Sequence record: PP400780
Direction: 5' to 3' (one strand)
Source: Escherichia phage FL18
DNA: 64,000 nt
Part shown: piece after piece, positions 36,957 through 46,099 of the stretch
How positions within the stretch are numbered: the stretch's first letter is position 1
How the letters are laid out: every line of letters begins with the position of its first letter
Notes under the pieces: model-generated
Told to the model about the DNA's origin: nothing
Databases searched by the model: none
The model's input: only the letters and a program-made list of their open reading frames with translations
Made by a program: the position numbers and the translations under genes

Positions 36957-37250
36957 ATGAAAAAGTTATCATTGGCAGCAATCTTACTTGCAGTATCATG
37001 TGCACCGGCTCCAGTTACGGCAGGTTATGATAAAGACCTCTGTGAGTGGTCAATGACTGCAAATCAAGAAGATGTTGAACAACAAATCTTCTCTGATATC
37101 ATGAACATCACTAAACGAGACCGTCCTAATATGGTTAATAAAGTTGTTGAACAACTTAAGTCTGGCGGTATCATGCAGTACAACTATGTTTTGTATTGTG
37201 ACCCTAATTTCGATAACAAAGATATCGTAACCGAAATCACAGGTGAATAA
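36957..37250 (+). CDS. sp: periplasmic protein Spackle-like (superinfection exclusion)
   Basis: 97 aa, signal peptide, GYDKDLCEWSMTA ... GGIMQYNYVLYCD matches recalled T4 Sp (gene 61.3). Confidence 0.6.
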   Translation: MKKLSLAAILLAVSCAPAPVTAGYDKDLCEWSMTANQEDVEQQIFSDIMNITKRDRPNMVNKVVEQLKSGGIMQYNYVLYCDPNFDNKDIVTEITGE

Positions 37251-37251
37251 T

Positions 37252-37902
37252 ATGATTTATTACATGCACAAAAACGCACCATTTAAATATGGTAAATTTC
37301 CTAATGCACAATGTTATAATATAACGCCGAATGAAAATAATAACGGATACCATATTGGTGTAATTTTTGTAATTGTTAAAGATAACGAAATCGTTGCCTG
37401 GGCAGATTTTAAAGGTACAACATATGATGTTAATCCTGTGCCTTTCACATATTACAATATAATGGATTTGGCATATGATTATAATTGGTTTACTCATGAC
37501 ACGTTGGCTCATATTGAAGGTGTAGGATTTGACATCTCTTATTCTAGCTATTCATTATGTCCTATGAGCCGAGCTCACGGTAAAGATGTATCATATCTTT
37601 CAATTCGGAAACGTGTAAACTTCAAACGTAGTACAGAGTATGTTGGTGGACTCTTTGTTAAAGATAATAAAATAACCCGTATTAGTTATCCTTTAAGTGT
37701 AGGTCAAAAAGATGTTGATGTTGATTTAGACTTAACTGAAAGTAACATTAATCGTATTGCTTCTGTATATTTTGATATCGATGAAAAAATTGTAGTGTGT
37801 GGATACGAATTACCACCTGAAGAAAAGGCTGAAACAATTGAAGTCGAATTAGAAATTTCTGTTGATGACCAAATATTTAACGCATTTATGAATCGAGGTT
37901 AA
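37252..37902 (+). CDS. hypothetical protein (216 aa)
   Basis: in-frame ATG within ORF-track entry 37243..37902. Confidence 0.5.
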   Translation: MIYYMHKNAPFKYGKFPNAQCYNITPNENNNGYHIGVIFVIVKDNEIVAWADFKGTTYDVNPVPFTYYNIMDLAYDYNWFTHDTLAHIEGVGFDISYSSYSLCPMSRAHGKDVSYLSIRKRVNFKRSTEYVGGLFVKDNKITRISYPLSVGQKDVDVDLDLTESNINRIASVYFDIDEKIVVCGYELPPEEKAETIEVELEISVDDQIFNAFMNRG

Positions 37903-37903
37903 A

Positions 37904-38101
37904 ATGACTACTGCAATTTGCACTGGTTCTAAAATTAGTGTTTTTACAAGTTTTGAAGATTATGAAGTTGTTTCAAAACACCAATGCCATATTAGCGTAA
38001 AAGCTAATGATGGTGTAATTTGGAATATTCCACACTATGAAGACACTACATATGAAGTCACAGATGCGAACGGTGATAAAGCGATCTTTGTGATTGATTA
38101 A
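37904..38101 (+). CDS. hypothetical protein (65 aa)
   Basis: ORF-track entry. Confidence 0.45.
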   Translation: MTTAICTGSKISVFTSFEDYEVVSKHQCHISVKANDGVIWNIPHYEDTTYEVTDANGDKAIFVID

Positions 38102-38120
38102 ATATACTCAGGAGGTACCT

Positions 38121-38588
38121 ATGGGTATTATTAACACTGCAATAGATTCTGTTTATGCATATAAGTTTATTCGACTAATGCAAAAACCTTTTACTGAATG
38201 GAAAGCATACGAAGCCAAAATCATCGATGAACGTGGAAGTGTTCTTAAACGTCCTTCTACTCCAGAAGAGAAAGCGGCTTATACACCTTTTCATGCTTCA
38301 GTTCGTTCAATGAAGCGAATGATGAGCACTGTTCCAGGTCTTAATGGAATGGCCTCAATGATGTCTGCCTGGAGTGCTGTAGCTTCACGCTATAACATTA
38401 CAGAAGAACAACAGAAAGAAATATTTAAAGAACTCCCTTTATTTGAGGATATGGTTGCTGGTGATTCAGGTGGCAGCCCTCAAGCTATTGCATCAGGAAC
38501 AACTACAGGTGCAGTCGTAAATAAAGGCCCCGAACAAATTCCTTCCAAGAAAAGAAAGCGAATTAAAGTAAATATTAATAAGTTGTGA
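38121..38588 (+). CDS. hypothetical protein (155 aa)
   Basis: ATG at 38121 preceded by AGGAGG SD; within ORF-track entry 38094..38588. Confidence 0.5.
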   Translation: MGIINTAIDSVYAYKFIRLMQKPFTEWKAYEAKIIDERGSVLKRPSTPEEKAAYTPFHASVRSMKRMMSTVPGLNGMASMMSAWSAVASRYNITEEQQKEIFKELPLFEDMVAGDSGGSPQAIASGTTTGAVVNKGPEQIPSKKRKRIKVNINKL

Positions 38589-38627
38589 TAAGATGGCCTT
38601 ATTAATTTAAGGCCTCTGGAGAATACT

Positions 38628-39650
38628 ATGGCTGAATGGATAGATAATGAATTTGCTTATCGTGCGTTTTCTCACCTACCTCGTTTTAGACAAATCAATA
38701 ATTCAAGCACATTTAAATTAACATTTCGATGTCCAGTTTGTGGCGACTCCCAGACAGATGCAATGAAAGCTCGCGGATGGTATTACGGTGGTACTCCTGG
38801 TAATGTACATTGCTATAACTGTCAATACCACAATACAATTTCCGGATACTTAAAAGAGTACGATGAAGAGCTTTATCGCGAATATCTAATGGAAGTTCGT
38901 AAAGAAAAAGCTAGAATGGAACCAAAGATTGAAAAGGTTCCTGAAGCTAAGCCGGAGCCAGAGAAAAAGACTATAAATTCTTTGCCGTCTTGTTCTCGTC
39001 TGGACAAGTTGCCTGAAGAGCATCCTATTGTGAAATATGTTAAGTCTCGGTGTATTCCTAAAGAATCATGGAACAGATTATGGTTCACATTAGAATGGCC
39101 CAAATTGGTCAACAAGATTCAACCTGGTACGTATAAGAAAGAGATTCCCGAACCACGTTTAGTGATTCCTATTTTTAATAAAGACGGGAAGGCCGAGTCA
39201 TTCCAAGGACGTGCACTTCGTAAAGATGCTCCTCAGAAATATATCACTATTAAAGCATTTGAGTCTGCAACAAAAATTTATGGTGTTGAACGTGTTAAGG
39301 AAGGAGACGTCTGGGTAATGGAAGGCCCTATTGATAGTTTATTCATACCCAATGCAATCGCTATTACAGGCGGCTCAATAGATTTAGATGTGGTACCATT
39401 TAAAGAACGTCGGGTATGGGTAATGGATAATGAACCTAGGCATCCGGATACTATAGCTCGCATGAAGCGATTAGTTGATGCAGGCGAACGTGTCATGTTC
39501 TGGGACCGAGCTCCATGGAGTTCAAAGGATGTGAATGATATGGTAATGAAAGAAAATGCAACACCACAAGAAATTTTAGAATATATGAAACAGAATATTT
39601 CAAGTGGGTTGCATGCTAAAATGAGATTATCTCGTTATTCGAAGATTTAA
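38628..39650 (+). CDS. 61: DNA primase gp61
   Basis: 340 aa; zinc-binding CPVCGDS ... CYNC and Toprim region; near-identical to recalled T4 gp61. Confidence 0.95.
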   Translation: MAEWIDNEFAYRAFSHLPRFRQINNSSTFKLTFRCPVCGDSQTDAMKARGWYYGGTPGNVHCYNCQYHNTISGYLKEYDEELYREYLMEVRKEKARMEPKIEKVPEAKPEPEKKTINSLPSCSRLDKLPEEHPIVKYVKSRCIPKESWNRLWFTLEWPKLVNKIQPGTYKKEIPEPRLVIPIFNKDGKAESFQGRALRKDAPQKYITIKAFESATKIYGVERVKEGDVWVMEGPIDSLFIPNAIAITGGSIDLDVVPFKERRVWVMDNEPRHPDTIARMKRLVDAGERVMFWDRAPWSSKDVNDMVMKENATPQEILEYMKQNISSGLHAKMRLSRYSKI

Positions 39651-39844
39651 ACCAGACCTATAATAGCAAAGGCCAAATCAACTACAGTATCCAATGGAAC
39701 AGAAGGAACTATAATACCATGGGCAACTAACAATGGTGCAATCCCGAAGTTCCATGAAATAATGCCACCTACAACTATTGCAGCGATAGCAGTTTTCTTT
39801 TTATTGCCTTTAATAGCGTTGATTAACGATGGAAGTTTAAACAT
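39647..39844 (-). CDS. small membrane protein (65 aa), encoded on the minus strand
   Basis: reverse complement of 39844..39836 is ATGTTTAAA (MFK); AAGGAG SD upstream on minus strand; ORF track lists it as + but the + strand at 39647 reads TTA. Confidence 0.5.
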   Translation of the reverse strand: MFKLPSLINAIKGNKKKTAIAAIVVGGIISWNFGIAPLLVAHGIIVPSVPLDTVVDLAFAIIGLV

Positions 39845-39933
39845 AATATCTCCTTAGTTACCTTATTATTTATTACGCTTTATAAAATTAATGTTAGAAT
39901 TAACTCTCTTATACTGAATTGAAAGGAAAAATA

Positions 39934-40455
39934 ATGGCACACTTTAACGAATGTTCACAACTTATTTCTGGTGTTGATAAAGCAGAAGAAGCTTATTTTA
40001 ATGCTCTGATTCACGAAGATAAAGACCCACTGCAGGTAATGCTTGATATGCAGAAATCTTTACAGGTTCTTCTGGCAAATGACAAGCCTGAACATAACAA
40101 ACATCCTGATGAATTGGCTACTGCTGGTGATGTTGTTGATTGGCTGCGTAATCAGAAAGATTATATTGATGATGAATTTCGTGAACTGCTGACTTCACTT
40201 GGCGGTATGAGCAATGGTGAAAAAGCTGCCAGCAGTGTATGGAAGCCGTGGAAGGCACAACACGCTGAATATCGAAATCGTCGTATCGATGAACTGTCTC
40301 CTGAAGACCAGCTTGAAATTAAATTTGAAATGATTGATATTCTGCATTTCGTTCTAAATATGTTCCAAGGTCTAGGACTTTCTGCTGAAGAAATCTTCAA
40401 ACTGTATTATCTGAAAAACCAACACAACTTTGAACGTCAGGATAATGGTTACTAA
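39934..40455 (+). CDS. 56: dCTP pyrophosphatase gp56 (MazG-like dCTPase/dUTPase)
   Basis: MAHFNECSQLISGVDKAEE ... matches recalled T4 gp56; ATG at 39934 preferred over upstream TTG. Confidence 0.8.
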   Translation: MAHFNECSQLISGVDKAEEAYFNALIHEDKDPLQVMLDMQKSLQVLLANDKPEHNKHPDELATAGDVVDWLRNQKDYIDDEFRELLTSLGGMSNGEKAASSVWKPWKAQHAEYRNRRIDELSPEDQLEIKFEMIDILHFVLNMFQGLGLSAEEIFKLYYLKNQHNFERQDNGY

Positions 40456-40461
40456 TTAAGT

Positions 40462-40469
40462 TATAAATA
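40462..40469 (+). promoter_or_regulatory. late promoter TATAAATA upstream of soc
   Basis: exact TATAAATA; AAGGAG SD at 40489-40494; ATG at 40501. Confidence 0.55.
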
Positions 40470-40500
40470 CACCTGTAATTAAACAACAAAGGAGTTAATT

Positions 40501-40737
40501 ATGGGTGGTTATGTAAACATCAAAACCTTTACGCATCCTGCTGGTGAAGGTAAAGAAGTTAAAGGTATGGAAGTTTCTGTACCGTTTGAGATTTATTCAA
40601 ACGAACATCGGATTGCAGATTCTCATTACCAAATCTTTCCATCAGAAAAGGCAGCTTATTCTACTGTAGTTTCTGATGCAGCTGACTGGAAAACTAAGAA
40701 CGCTGCAATGTTTACCCCTACACCAGTAAGCGGTTAA
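40501..40737 (+). CDS. soc: small outer capsid protein Soc
   Basis: 78 aa; GYVNIKTF ... HYQIFPSEKAAYSTV matches recalled T4 Soc. Confidence 0.8.
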   Translation: MGGYVNIKTFTHPAGEGKEVKGMEVSVPFEIYSNEHRIADSHYQIFPSEKAAYSTVVSDAADWKTKNAAMFTPTPVSG

Positions 40738-40746
40738 ATAATTTAA

Positions 40747-40775
40747 GGAATCCTTCGGGATTCCTTTTTTTTTTT
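40747..40775 (+). terminator. rho-independent terminator (GGAATCC-TTCG-GGATTCC-T11)
   Basis: 7-bp stem, TTCG loop, 11-nt T tract. Confidence 0.7.
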
Positions 40776-40782
40776 GTTTCTA

Positions 40783-40815
40783 CAGTTTACAACCACTAAA
40801 AACTGTGTTAAGATA
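40783..40815 (+). promoter_or_regulatory. T4-type early promoter (GTTTACAACC ...)
   Basis: tacagtttacaaccactaaaaactgtgttaagat. Confidence 0.4.
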
Positions 40816-40842
40816 TTTTTACTTACTCAAGAGGAGAACAAT

Positions 40843-41070
40843 ATGTTAAATCGTTGGATTAAACCTAATAACACATTAGGTGCTTTGATTGCTCAAGAAG
40901 TTTCGTTGAAATACGGTCTTGGATATTACGATGATGTGGTCGTACACTCATTCATGATGGATGGTGAAGACGTCAAATTTAATGCCGAAATCCGTTGGGA
41001 TGATGGTGGTGTTCGTTTTGTTCGAGGAACAATTAATGCTTACGATACTGAAGAAGTTGTTTGCTGTTAA
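40843..41070 (+). CDS. hypothetical protein (75 aa)
   Basis: ATG at 40843 after GAGGAG SD; within ORF-track entry 40774..41070. Confidence 0.5.
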   Translation: MLNRWIKPNNTLGALIAQEVSLKYGLGYYDDVVVHSFMMDGEDVKFNAEIRWDDGGVRFVRGTINAYDTEEVVCC

Positions 41071-41083
41071 ACCAGGCGAAGGT

Positions 41084-41272
41084 ATGATGCCTATTCCTGA
41101 TACACACGAAAAAAGTTGTGAATATATCGGTGACGGAATGATGGAAGAAGTTGTTCGTCCTAAGTCTGCTTCAAGCTCTTCAAGTTATAATCATTCATAC
41201 GTATCGTCTTGGCCTGGTGATTCTGGGTCAAGTTATTCTGATTGTGGTTCAAGCTCAGGGAGCTGCGAATGA
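41084..41272 (+). CDS. hypothetical Ser-rich small protein (62 aa)
   Basis: in-frame ATG within ORF-track entry 40961..41272. Confidence 0.4.
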   Translation: MMPIPDTHEKSCEYIGDGMMEEVVRPKSASSSSSYNHSYVSSWPGDSGSSYSDCGSSSGSCE

Positions 41273-41448
41273 ACAAGATAGTTAAATGGTTTAAAAGCTG
41301 GGACGATGGTGTCGGTCCAGAAGATTGGCTGGATGTTCTTGAAGAGAATATGGTTAAAGAATTCCAGAAACACGAAGAGAAGATCATCGAAGATGAAGGC
41401 GAACGTATTGTAAAACTTTATATGGGTGAACCATCGAGGAAATTATAA
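41269..41448 (+). CDS. hypothetical protein (59 aa)
   Basis: in-frame ATG within ORF-track entry 41242..41448; ATGA overlap. Confidence 0.4.
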   Translation: MNKIVKWFKSWDDGVGPEDWLDVLEENMVKEFQKHEEKIIEDEGERIVKLYMGEPSRKL

Positions 41449-41912
41449 TGGATGCTATGTTATTTAAAATGTATTTGCTTGAAGCCAAGTCGTTTAAACA
41501 TATACCAGTAGAAGATAAGACTCCACTAGAAATAGCTATTCTCATTAACAAAAGTCTAAATAATCCGCAATATATCGTAGAAGAATTCTGCAAATTGCAG
41601 ATTCCTAAAGGTTACAAAATTCGTGTAGATCGAGTTGGAGCTATTACTCATTCTAAAAATTCTCCGTTTAGTCTTGAAGAAGGCATAAAGGACTTAGGTT
41701 ATGAATCTACGGAAAATGCCGTTTATGTGAATCCTGAAAAGCGTTTAGACTTGTTTGAAAAGCGAGACCATAAGTATTTTGCCAAAAAATACTTTATTAC
41801 ATCATTAGCAGATTTAATCCATTTGCAACGAGCTATTTGGAAATTTTTTAAGACAAAAGGTGTAGCACTAGAAACATTCTCTGAACCTGCTAGTTTTTAT
41901 TTAGGTGAATAA
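41448..41912 (+). CDS. hypothetical protein (154 aa)
   Basis: ORF-track entry. Confidence 0.5.
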   Translation: MDAMLFKMYLLEAKSFKHIPVEDKTPLEIAILINKSLNNPQYIVEEFCKLQIPKGYKIRVDRVGAITHSKNSPFSLEEGIKDLGYESTENAVYVNPEKRLDLFEKRDHKYFAKKYFITSLADLIHLQRAIWKFFKTKGVALETFSEPASFYLGE

Positions 41913-41913
41913 T

Positions 41914-42102
41914 ATGGACTTGATGAGTATGTTTGATGAGCCTGAAGTTGAGTCTCCTAAAGTGCATCGTAGTGAACTTGTTGATGAACTAGATAGTATT
42001 ATACAACGTCATGGCTTTAGTTTACCTGTTGAAGCCCTGAAAGACCTTGCCTCTTATTATGACGACCCTCCACCATGGAGTCCTTGGAGTCCTTGGAAAT
42101 GA
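41914..42102 (+). CDS. hypothetical protein (62 aa) with C-terminal PWSPWSPW repeat
   Basis: in-frame ATG within ORF-track entry 41905..42102; DNA tandem repeat GGAGTCCTT x2. Confidence 0.4.
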   Translation: MDLMSMFDEPEVESPKVHRSELVDELDSIIQRHGFSLPVEALKDLASYYDDPPPWSPWSPWK

Positions 42103-42263
42103 AAGAGAAATTGAAAGAGAAATTCTTACTAGAAATCAAGGAAAAAGACTTTGAGACATGGTATCGAATGGTGAAAGGGTTGACATTGCTTTTTAAAACA
42201 TCCTTATTCATGTTAGAACAACCTGGCCCTGATGGACCTTTAGTAGGAAAGCTTAAAAAGTAG
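42099..42263 (+). CDS. hypothetical protein (54 aa)
   Basis: in-frame ATG within ORF-track entry 42075..42263. Confidence 0.35.
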   Translation: MKEKLKEKFLLEIKEKDFETWYRMVKGLTLLFKTSLFMLEQPGPDGPLVGKLKK

Positions 42264-42318
42264 TTTACATTCCCTCCTCTCGTGTTATGATAGGCTTATC
42301 TTTAAATGGAGGACTATC

Positions 42319-42900
42319 ATGACATGTCAATCTGAACTTCAAGAACGCGAATACCTAACAAATCTGATTGATAGCAAATTCACCCGCCAAGAACAAAACA
42401 TTCTCTGGGCTTGCACCGATTCTAAGGAAGACCCGGATTTCCACTATGAATTAGACCATCTTGTTCGTAAGCATATGACTTCTACAGTACCAATAGAACT
42501 CTACCGTGGTGTAACTCCTGAAGAAGTAGAACGTCTTTCCCTTCTTTCTGTTGGATGTCATTGGTCTCCTGGACGAGTAACATCGTTCACAACTGATTTC
42601 AGTACAGCTCGTCAATTCTCTGGGAGTTGGGAATATCAGACGTACACTATTCTTAGTCTCAGGAATGCTCCATTCATTTTTGATTACTACCAAAACATGA
42701 TTAACATTGTACTTGCCGGAAAGAACCCTAAGCATGTTATGGAAGAAAAGCGTGTTGACGTCCTAGATATGATTGAATCTGAACAAGAGTATATGGTCTC
42801 AGGTATCTCTAGATTTGAGATTGTGGAAATTGAAGACTTAGAATATGACCCTTTATCTCGATTATACAAAATCATTCATTTGAAAATGTTGAATTTTTAG
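42319..42900 (+). CDS. Mod-like ADP-ribosyltransferase (R-S-E type)
   Basis: YRG ... TSFTTDFSTA ... ESEQEYM (Arg, S-x-S, E-x-E elements); synteny with T4 modA/modB between soc and dda. Confidence 0.55.
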   Translation: MTCQSELQEREYLTNLIDSKFTRQEQNILWACTDSKEDPDFHYELDHLVRKHMTSTVPIELYRGVTPEEVERLSLLSVGCHWSPGRVTSFTTDFSTARQFSGSWEYQTYTILSLRNAPFIFDYYQNMINIVLAGKNPKHVMEEKRVDVLDMIESEQEYMVSGISRFEIVEIEDLEYDPLSRLYKIIHLKMLNF

Positions 42901-42932
42901 TGTACAAACTCTACCGACGATGATACTATACT
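42899..42932 (+). promoter_or_regulatory. T4-type early promoter (GTGTACAAA ... TACTATAC)
   Basis: gtgtacaaactctaccgacgatgatactatac. Confidence 0.4.
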
Positions 42933-42957
42933 TTTATCAACCAGAGGAGAAACCTAA

Positions 42958-43566
42958 ATGTTTATGCCATATAACGAGTGTGAAATTGAAGAAATGGTTC
43001 GTCGTGCTCAAAACCCCGAATATCAAGATGTATTGCAGTACGAAATTGATAGTCAATTCAGCGACATTGAACAAAGTGTACTGTGGCAGTGTATGGAAAA
43101 CAAGCCAGACAGCATCCAACAAGATTTAAGTGCAATTGTTCGTAGAAATTGGTCGTCTTCTGTTCCTGAGACAATGTATCGTGGAATCTCTAAGAAAACT
43201 ATGGCCACACTCGATGATAAAGGCATTGGTAGTATTATTAAATTTGACAGAGTAATGAGCTTCAGCCCAGTGTTCGGTGTAGCACGTAACTTTGCTTCGT
43301 ATAATTTTTACGGAACATTTAATATGTTCTGCATCAAAGATGCACCATTTGCTTTCAACTTCCGTGAACATATGCTTAACATGATTCTGGCTGCGCCATC
43401 TTGTGAGTTCAATGGAGCTTTCCCTGAAGCGACAAGACGGTCTAATGCTAGACTTATATCTGACGAATGTGAATTTATGCTCCCTATAGGGACTACACTG
43501 CGTGTAGATTCTATTATTCAAGATGGACGTTATACAATCTGGAATCTGTCTATTGTCAGTTACTGA
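42958..43566 (+). CDS. Mod-like ADP-ribosyltransferase (R-S-E type), paralog of previous
   Basis: YRG ... SFSPVFGVA ... DECEFML; shared WQC/WAC motif near N-terminus with 42319 ORF. Confidence 0.55.
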   Translation: MFMPYNECEIEEMVRRAQNPEYQDVLQYEIDSQFSDIEQSVLWQCMENKPDSIQQDLSAIVRRNWSSSVPETMYRGISKKTMATLDDKGIGSIIKFDRVMSFSPVFGVARNFASYNFYGTFNMFCIKDAPFAFNFREHMLNMILAAPSCEFNGAFPEATRRSNARLISDECEFMLPIGTTLRVDSIIQDGRYTIWNLSIVSY

Positions 43567-43639
43567 CTGAATTGGAATAACCGGATGGAACTCAGAACCA
43601 TTATAACACATAAAAAATTAAAGCATTTTATGAAAAAAG

Positions 43640-43672
43640 AGTGTACACTACCTGAGGGCATGATATTATAAA
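43640..43672 (+). promoter_or_regulatory. T4-type early promoter (GTGTACAC ... TATTATA)
   Basis: gtgtacactacctgagggcatgatattataaag. Confidence 0.4.
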
Positions 43673-43719
43673 GCTTATCAGCTAAATGACCTAACGTCCG
43701 TAAGACAGAGGAAAATATT

Positions 43720-44466
43720 ATGTTATCAAATAATAAAATTAACAAAATCAATCGTCGTCTTGACCACACCAGAGCTTCTGCGAAGAGACGCTCTAAGGAT
43801 TTTAACTTAGACTTTAATTACCTTAAAAACATTCTTGATCAAAAGGTCTGCGCTTACTCAGGTGAATCTTTTAATAACTCTGTTGAAGGTGAGAAATTAT
43901 CCTTAGAACGTTTTAATAATGATATAGGCTACATTAAAGGTAATGTTATTCCGGTTAAGAAAAAATATAACACGGCTCGTTCTGATTTAACATTAGAAGA
44001 ACTTATTGAGAAACGTGATGCCATTGCAAGACGTATCGCTAATCCTTCTGTCCGTAAAGTAGAGAAACTTAATCTCGACGAGAAGAAATGGGCCCAAATT
44101 AAAAAGGTTTATGATACTATTTTAAAAATCCGGGCAAAACGTGAAAATCGTGTTAAGCATATGGCGAACATGATGAAAAATCAACCTTTATCTAACGAAT
44201 CTAAACTTAGAATTGTTGCTTTGAAAGCACGCATTAATGGCTCACATCAAGCAGAAGGCCATGAACTTACTAAACTCAACGTTCTTCTTAAAGGCTCTGA
44301 CTGGAAAACTAAAACTAAATTAACTGACGCTGAATCGCTTTTCGATACATATGATAAAGTTATCCAAGGTCTGCAACGTTTTGAAAAGATTAGTTTCATT
44401 GGTAAATTAAAATTGAAACGTGGCTTACCACTTAGCGCATCATTATTCCAACTGATTAAAGGTTAA
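43720..44466 (+). CDS. hypothetical basic protein (248 aa); Srd-like by position
   Basis: sits where T4 has srd upstream of dda; no sequence confirmation. Confidence 0.35.
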   Translation: MLSNNKINKINRRLDHTRASAKRRSKDFNLDFNYLKNILDQKVCAYSGESFNNSVEGEKLSLERFNNDIGYIKGNVIPVKKKYNTARSDLTLEELIEKRDAIARRIANPSVRKVEKLNLDEKKWAQIKKVYDTILKIRAKRENRVKHMANMMKNQPLSNESKLRIVALKARINGSHQAEGHELTKLNVLLKGSDWKTKTKLTDAESLFDTYDKVIQGLQRFEKISFIGKLKLKRGLPLSASLFQLIKG

Positions 44467-44468
44467 TT

Positions 44469-44780
44469 ATGGTTTATGTATATGCAATAGTTTATCGAGA
44501 TATGGAAGGATTTACTGTCCCGGTTCCACTTGATGAGCATCGTCCTGCAGTATTTTTTAGAAAGGATATTGCAGATAAAGTTTTCGATACTTTGAAAACA
44601 CAGTATAAAACAGATTTAAAAATGGGAGTTCTAAGAATGGTCGAAACTCCGCGTAAGTTCTGGTTTAATAAGCTTGAAATGAAACACGTTAAACTAGATG
44701 CGGAGACGCAAAGATTGTATCAACGAATCCTGGACACAGGCCGTATTGTTAGTATTCCAATTGCAGGGACTTTACGATGA
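44469..44780 (+). CDS. hypothetical protein (103 aa)
   Basis: ORF-track entry, overlaps dda start. Confidence 0.5.
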   Translation: MVYVYAIVYRDMEGFTVPVPLDEHRPAVFFRKDIADKVFDTLKTQYKTDLKMGVLRMVETPRKFWFNKLEMKHVKLDAETQRLYQRILDTGRIVSIPIAGTLR

Positions 44781-46090
44781 CATTTGATGATTTGACTGAA
44801 GGCCAGAAAAACGCCTTCAACGTTGTTATGAACGCTATTAAAGAAAAGAAACATCACGTAACTATTAATGGGCCTGCTGGTACAGGTAAAACAACCCTTA
44901 CTAGATTCATCGTTGAAGCCCTTATTTCTTCTGGAGAATCAGGTATTATTTTAGCGGCCCCTACACATGCTGCTAAAAAGGTTCTAAGCAAACTTGCTGG
45001 TCAAGAAGCATCGACTATTCATAGCATTCTTAAAATCAACCCAACTACATACGAAGAAAATGTATTGTTTGAACAGAAAAAGGTTCCCGACTTAGCCTTG
45101 TGTCGTGTACTGTTATTTGATGAAGCGTCAATGTGCGACCGTTCTCTGTTTAAAATAATGTTAGCTAGTATCCCTAAATGGTGCACAGTAATTGGAATCG
45201 GCGACCGATGCCAGATTCGTCCGGTAGACCCAGGCGAATCAACTGCGTATCTAAGTCCTTTCTTCACTCACAAAGACTTCGTGCAATGCAACCTTACAGA
45301 AGTTAAACGTAGCAATGCACCAATTATTGATGTTGCGACTGACATTCGTAATGGCAAATGGATTTACGATAAAGTAGTTGACGGGCATGGTGTTCATGGA
45401 TATACAGACCTTAAATCGTATATGACGAACTATTTTAACGTCGTTAAAACTCCTGAAGACCTTTTTGAAAATCGAATGATGGCATTCACAAATAAGTCGG
45501 TGGACAAGTTAAATTCAATTATTCGCCGAAAACTTCTTGAAACAGAAAAACCATTTATTAAAGACGAAGTCATTGTTCTACAAGAGCCATTTACTAAGAC
45601 ATATAAGCTAGATGGTAAAAATATGACCGAAATGCTTTTCAATAACGGGCAATTCGTTCGTATTCGAGATGCTGTAGAAACGTCTACATTCGTTAAAGCA
45701 CGTGGTGTTTCAGGCGAATATATGATACGATACTGGAATCTTACAGTAGAAACATATGGGGATGATGAAGAATACATCCGCGAAGATATAAAGGTTATTT
45801 CTTCTGAAGAAGAGCTTTATAAATTCAATTTGTTTTTGGCTAAGACCGCAGAAACATACAAATTTTGGAATAAAGGTGGTAAAGCTCCGTGGAGCGAATT
45901 CTGGGATGCTAAACGTATGTTCACTAAGGTGAAGGCACTACCGGTATCAACCTTCCATAAGGCCCAGGGTATGTCTGTTGACACGGCCTTTGTTTATACA
46001 CCGTGTATCCATTATGCTGATTCAGAATTAGCTAAACAGTTATTGTATGTCGGCACAACTCGTGGTCGTTTTGACGTCCATTTTATTTGA
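44777..46090 (+). CDS. dda: DNA helicase Dda (SF1B)
   Basis: 437 aa; Walker A GPAGTGKT, Walker B LFDEASM; synteny. Confidence 0.9.
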   Translation: MTFDDLTEGQKNAFNVVMNAIKEKKHHVTINGPAGTGKTTLTRFIVEALISSGESGIILAAPTHAAKKVLSKLAGQEASTIHSILKINPTTYEENVLFEQKKVPDLALCRVLLFDEASMCDRSLFKIMLASIPKWCTVIGIGDRCQIRPVDPGESTAYLSPFFTHKDFVQCNLTEVKRSNAPIIDVATDIRNGKWIYDKVVDGHGVHGYTDLKSYMTNYFNVVKTPEDLFENRMMAFTNKSVDKLNSIIRRKLLETEKPFIKDEVIVLQEPFTKTYKLDGKNMTEMLFNNGQFVRIRDAVETSTFVKARGVSGEYMIRYWNLTVETYGDDEEYIREDIKVISSEEELYKFNLFLAKTAETYKFWNKGGKAPWSEFWDAKRMFTKVKALPVSTFHKAQGMSVDTAFVYTPCIHYADSELAKQLLYVGTTRGRFDVHFI

Positions 46091-46099
46091 GAGAAAATT

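Noticed and set aside
39647-39844. ORF-track annotation of this ORF as + strand
   Set aside because: The translation given only matches the reverse complement; called on the minus strand instead.
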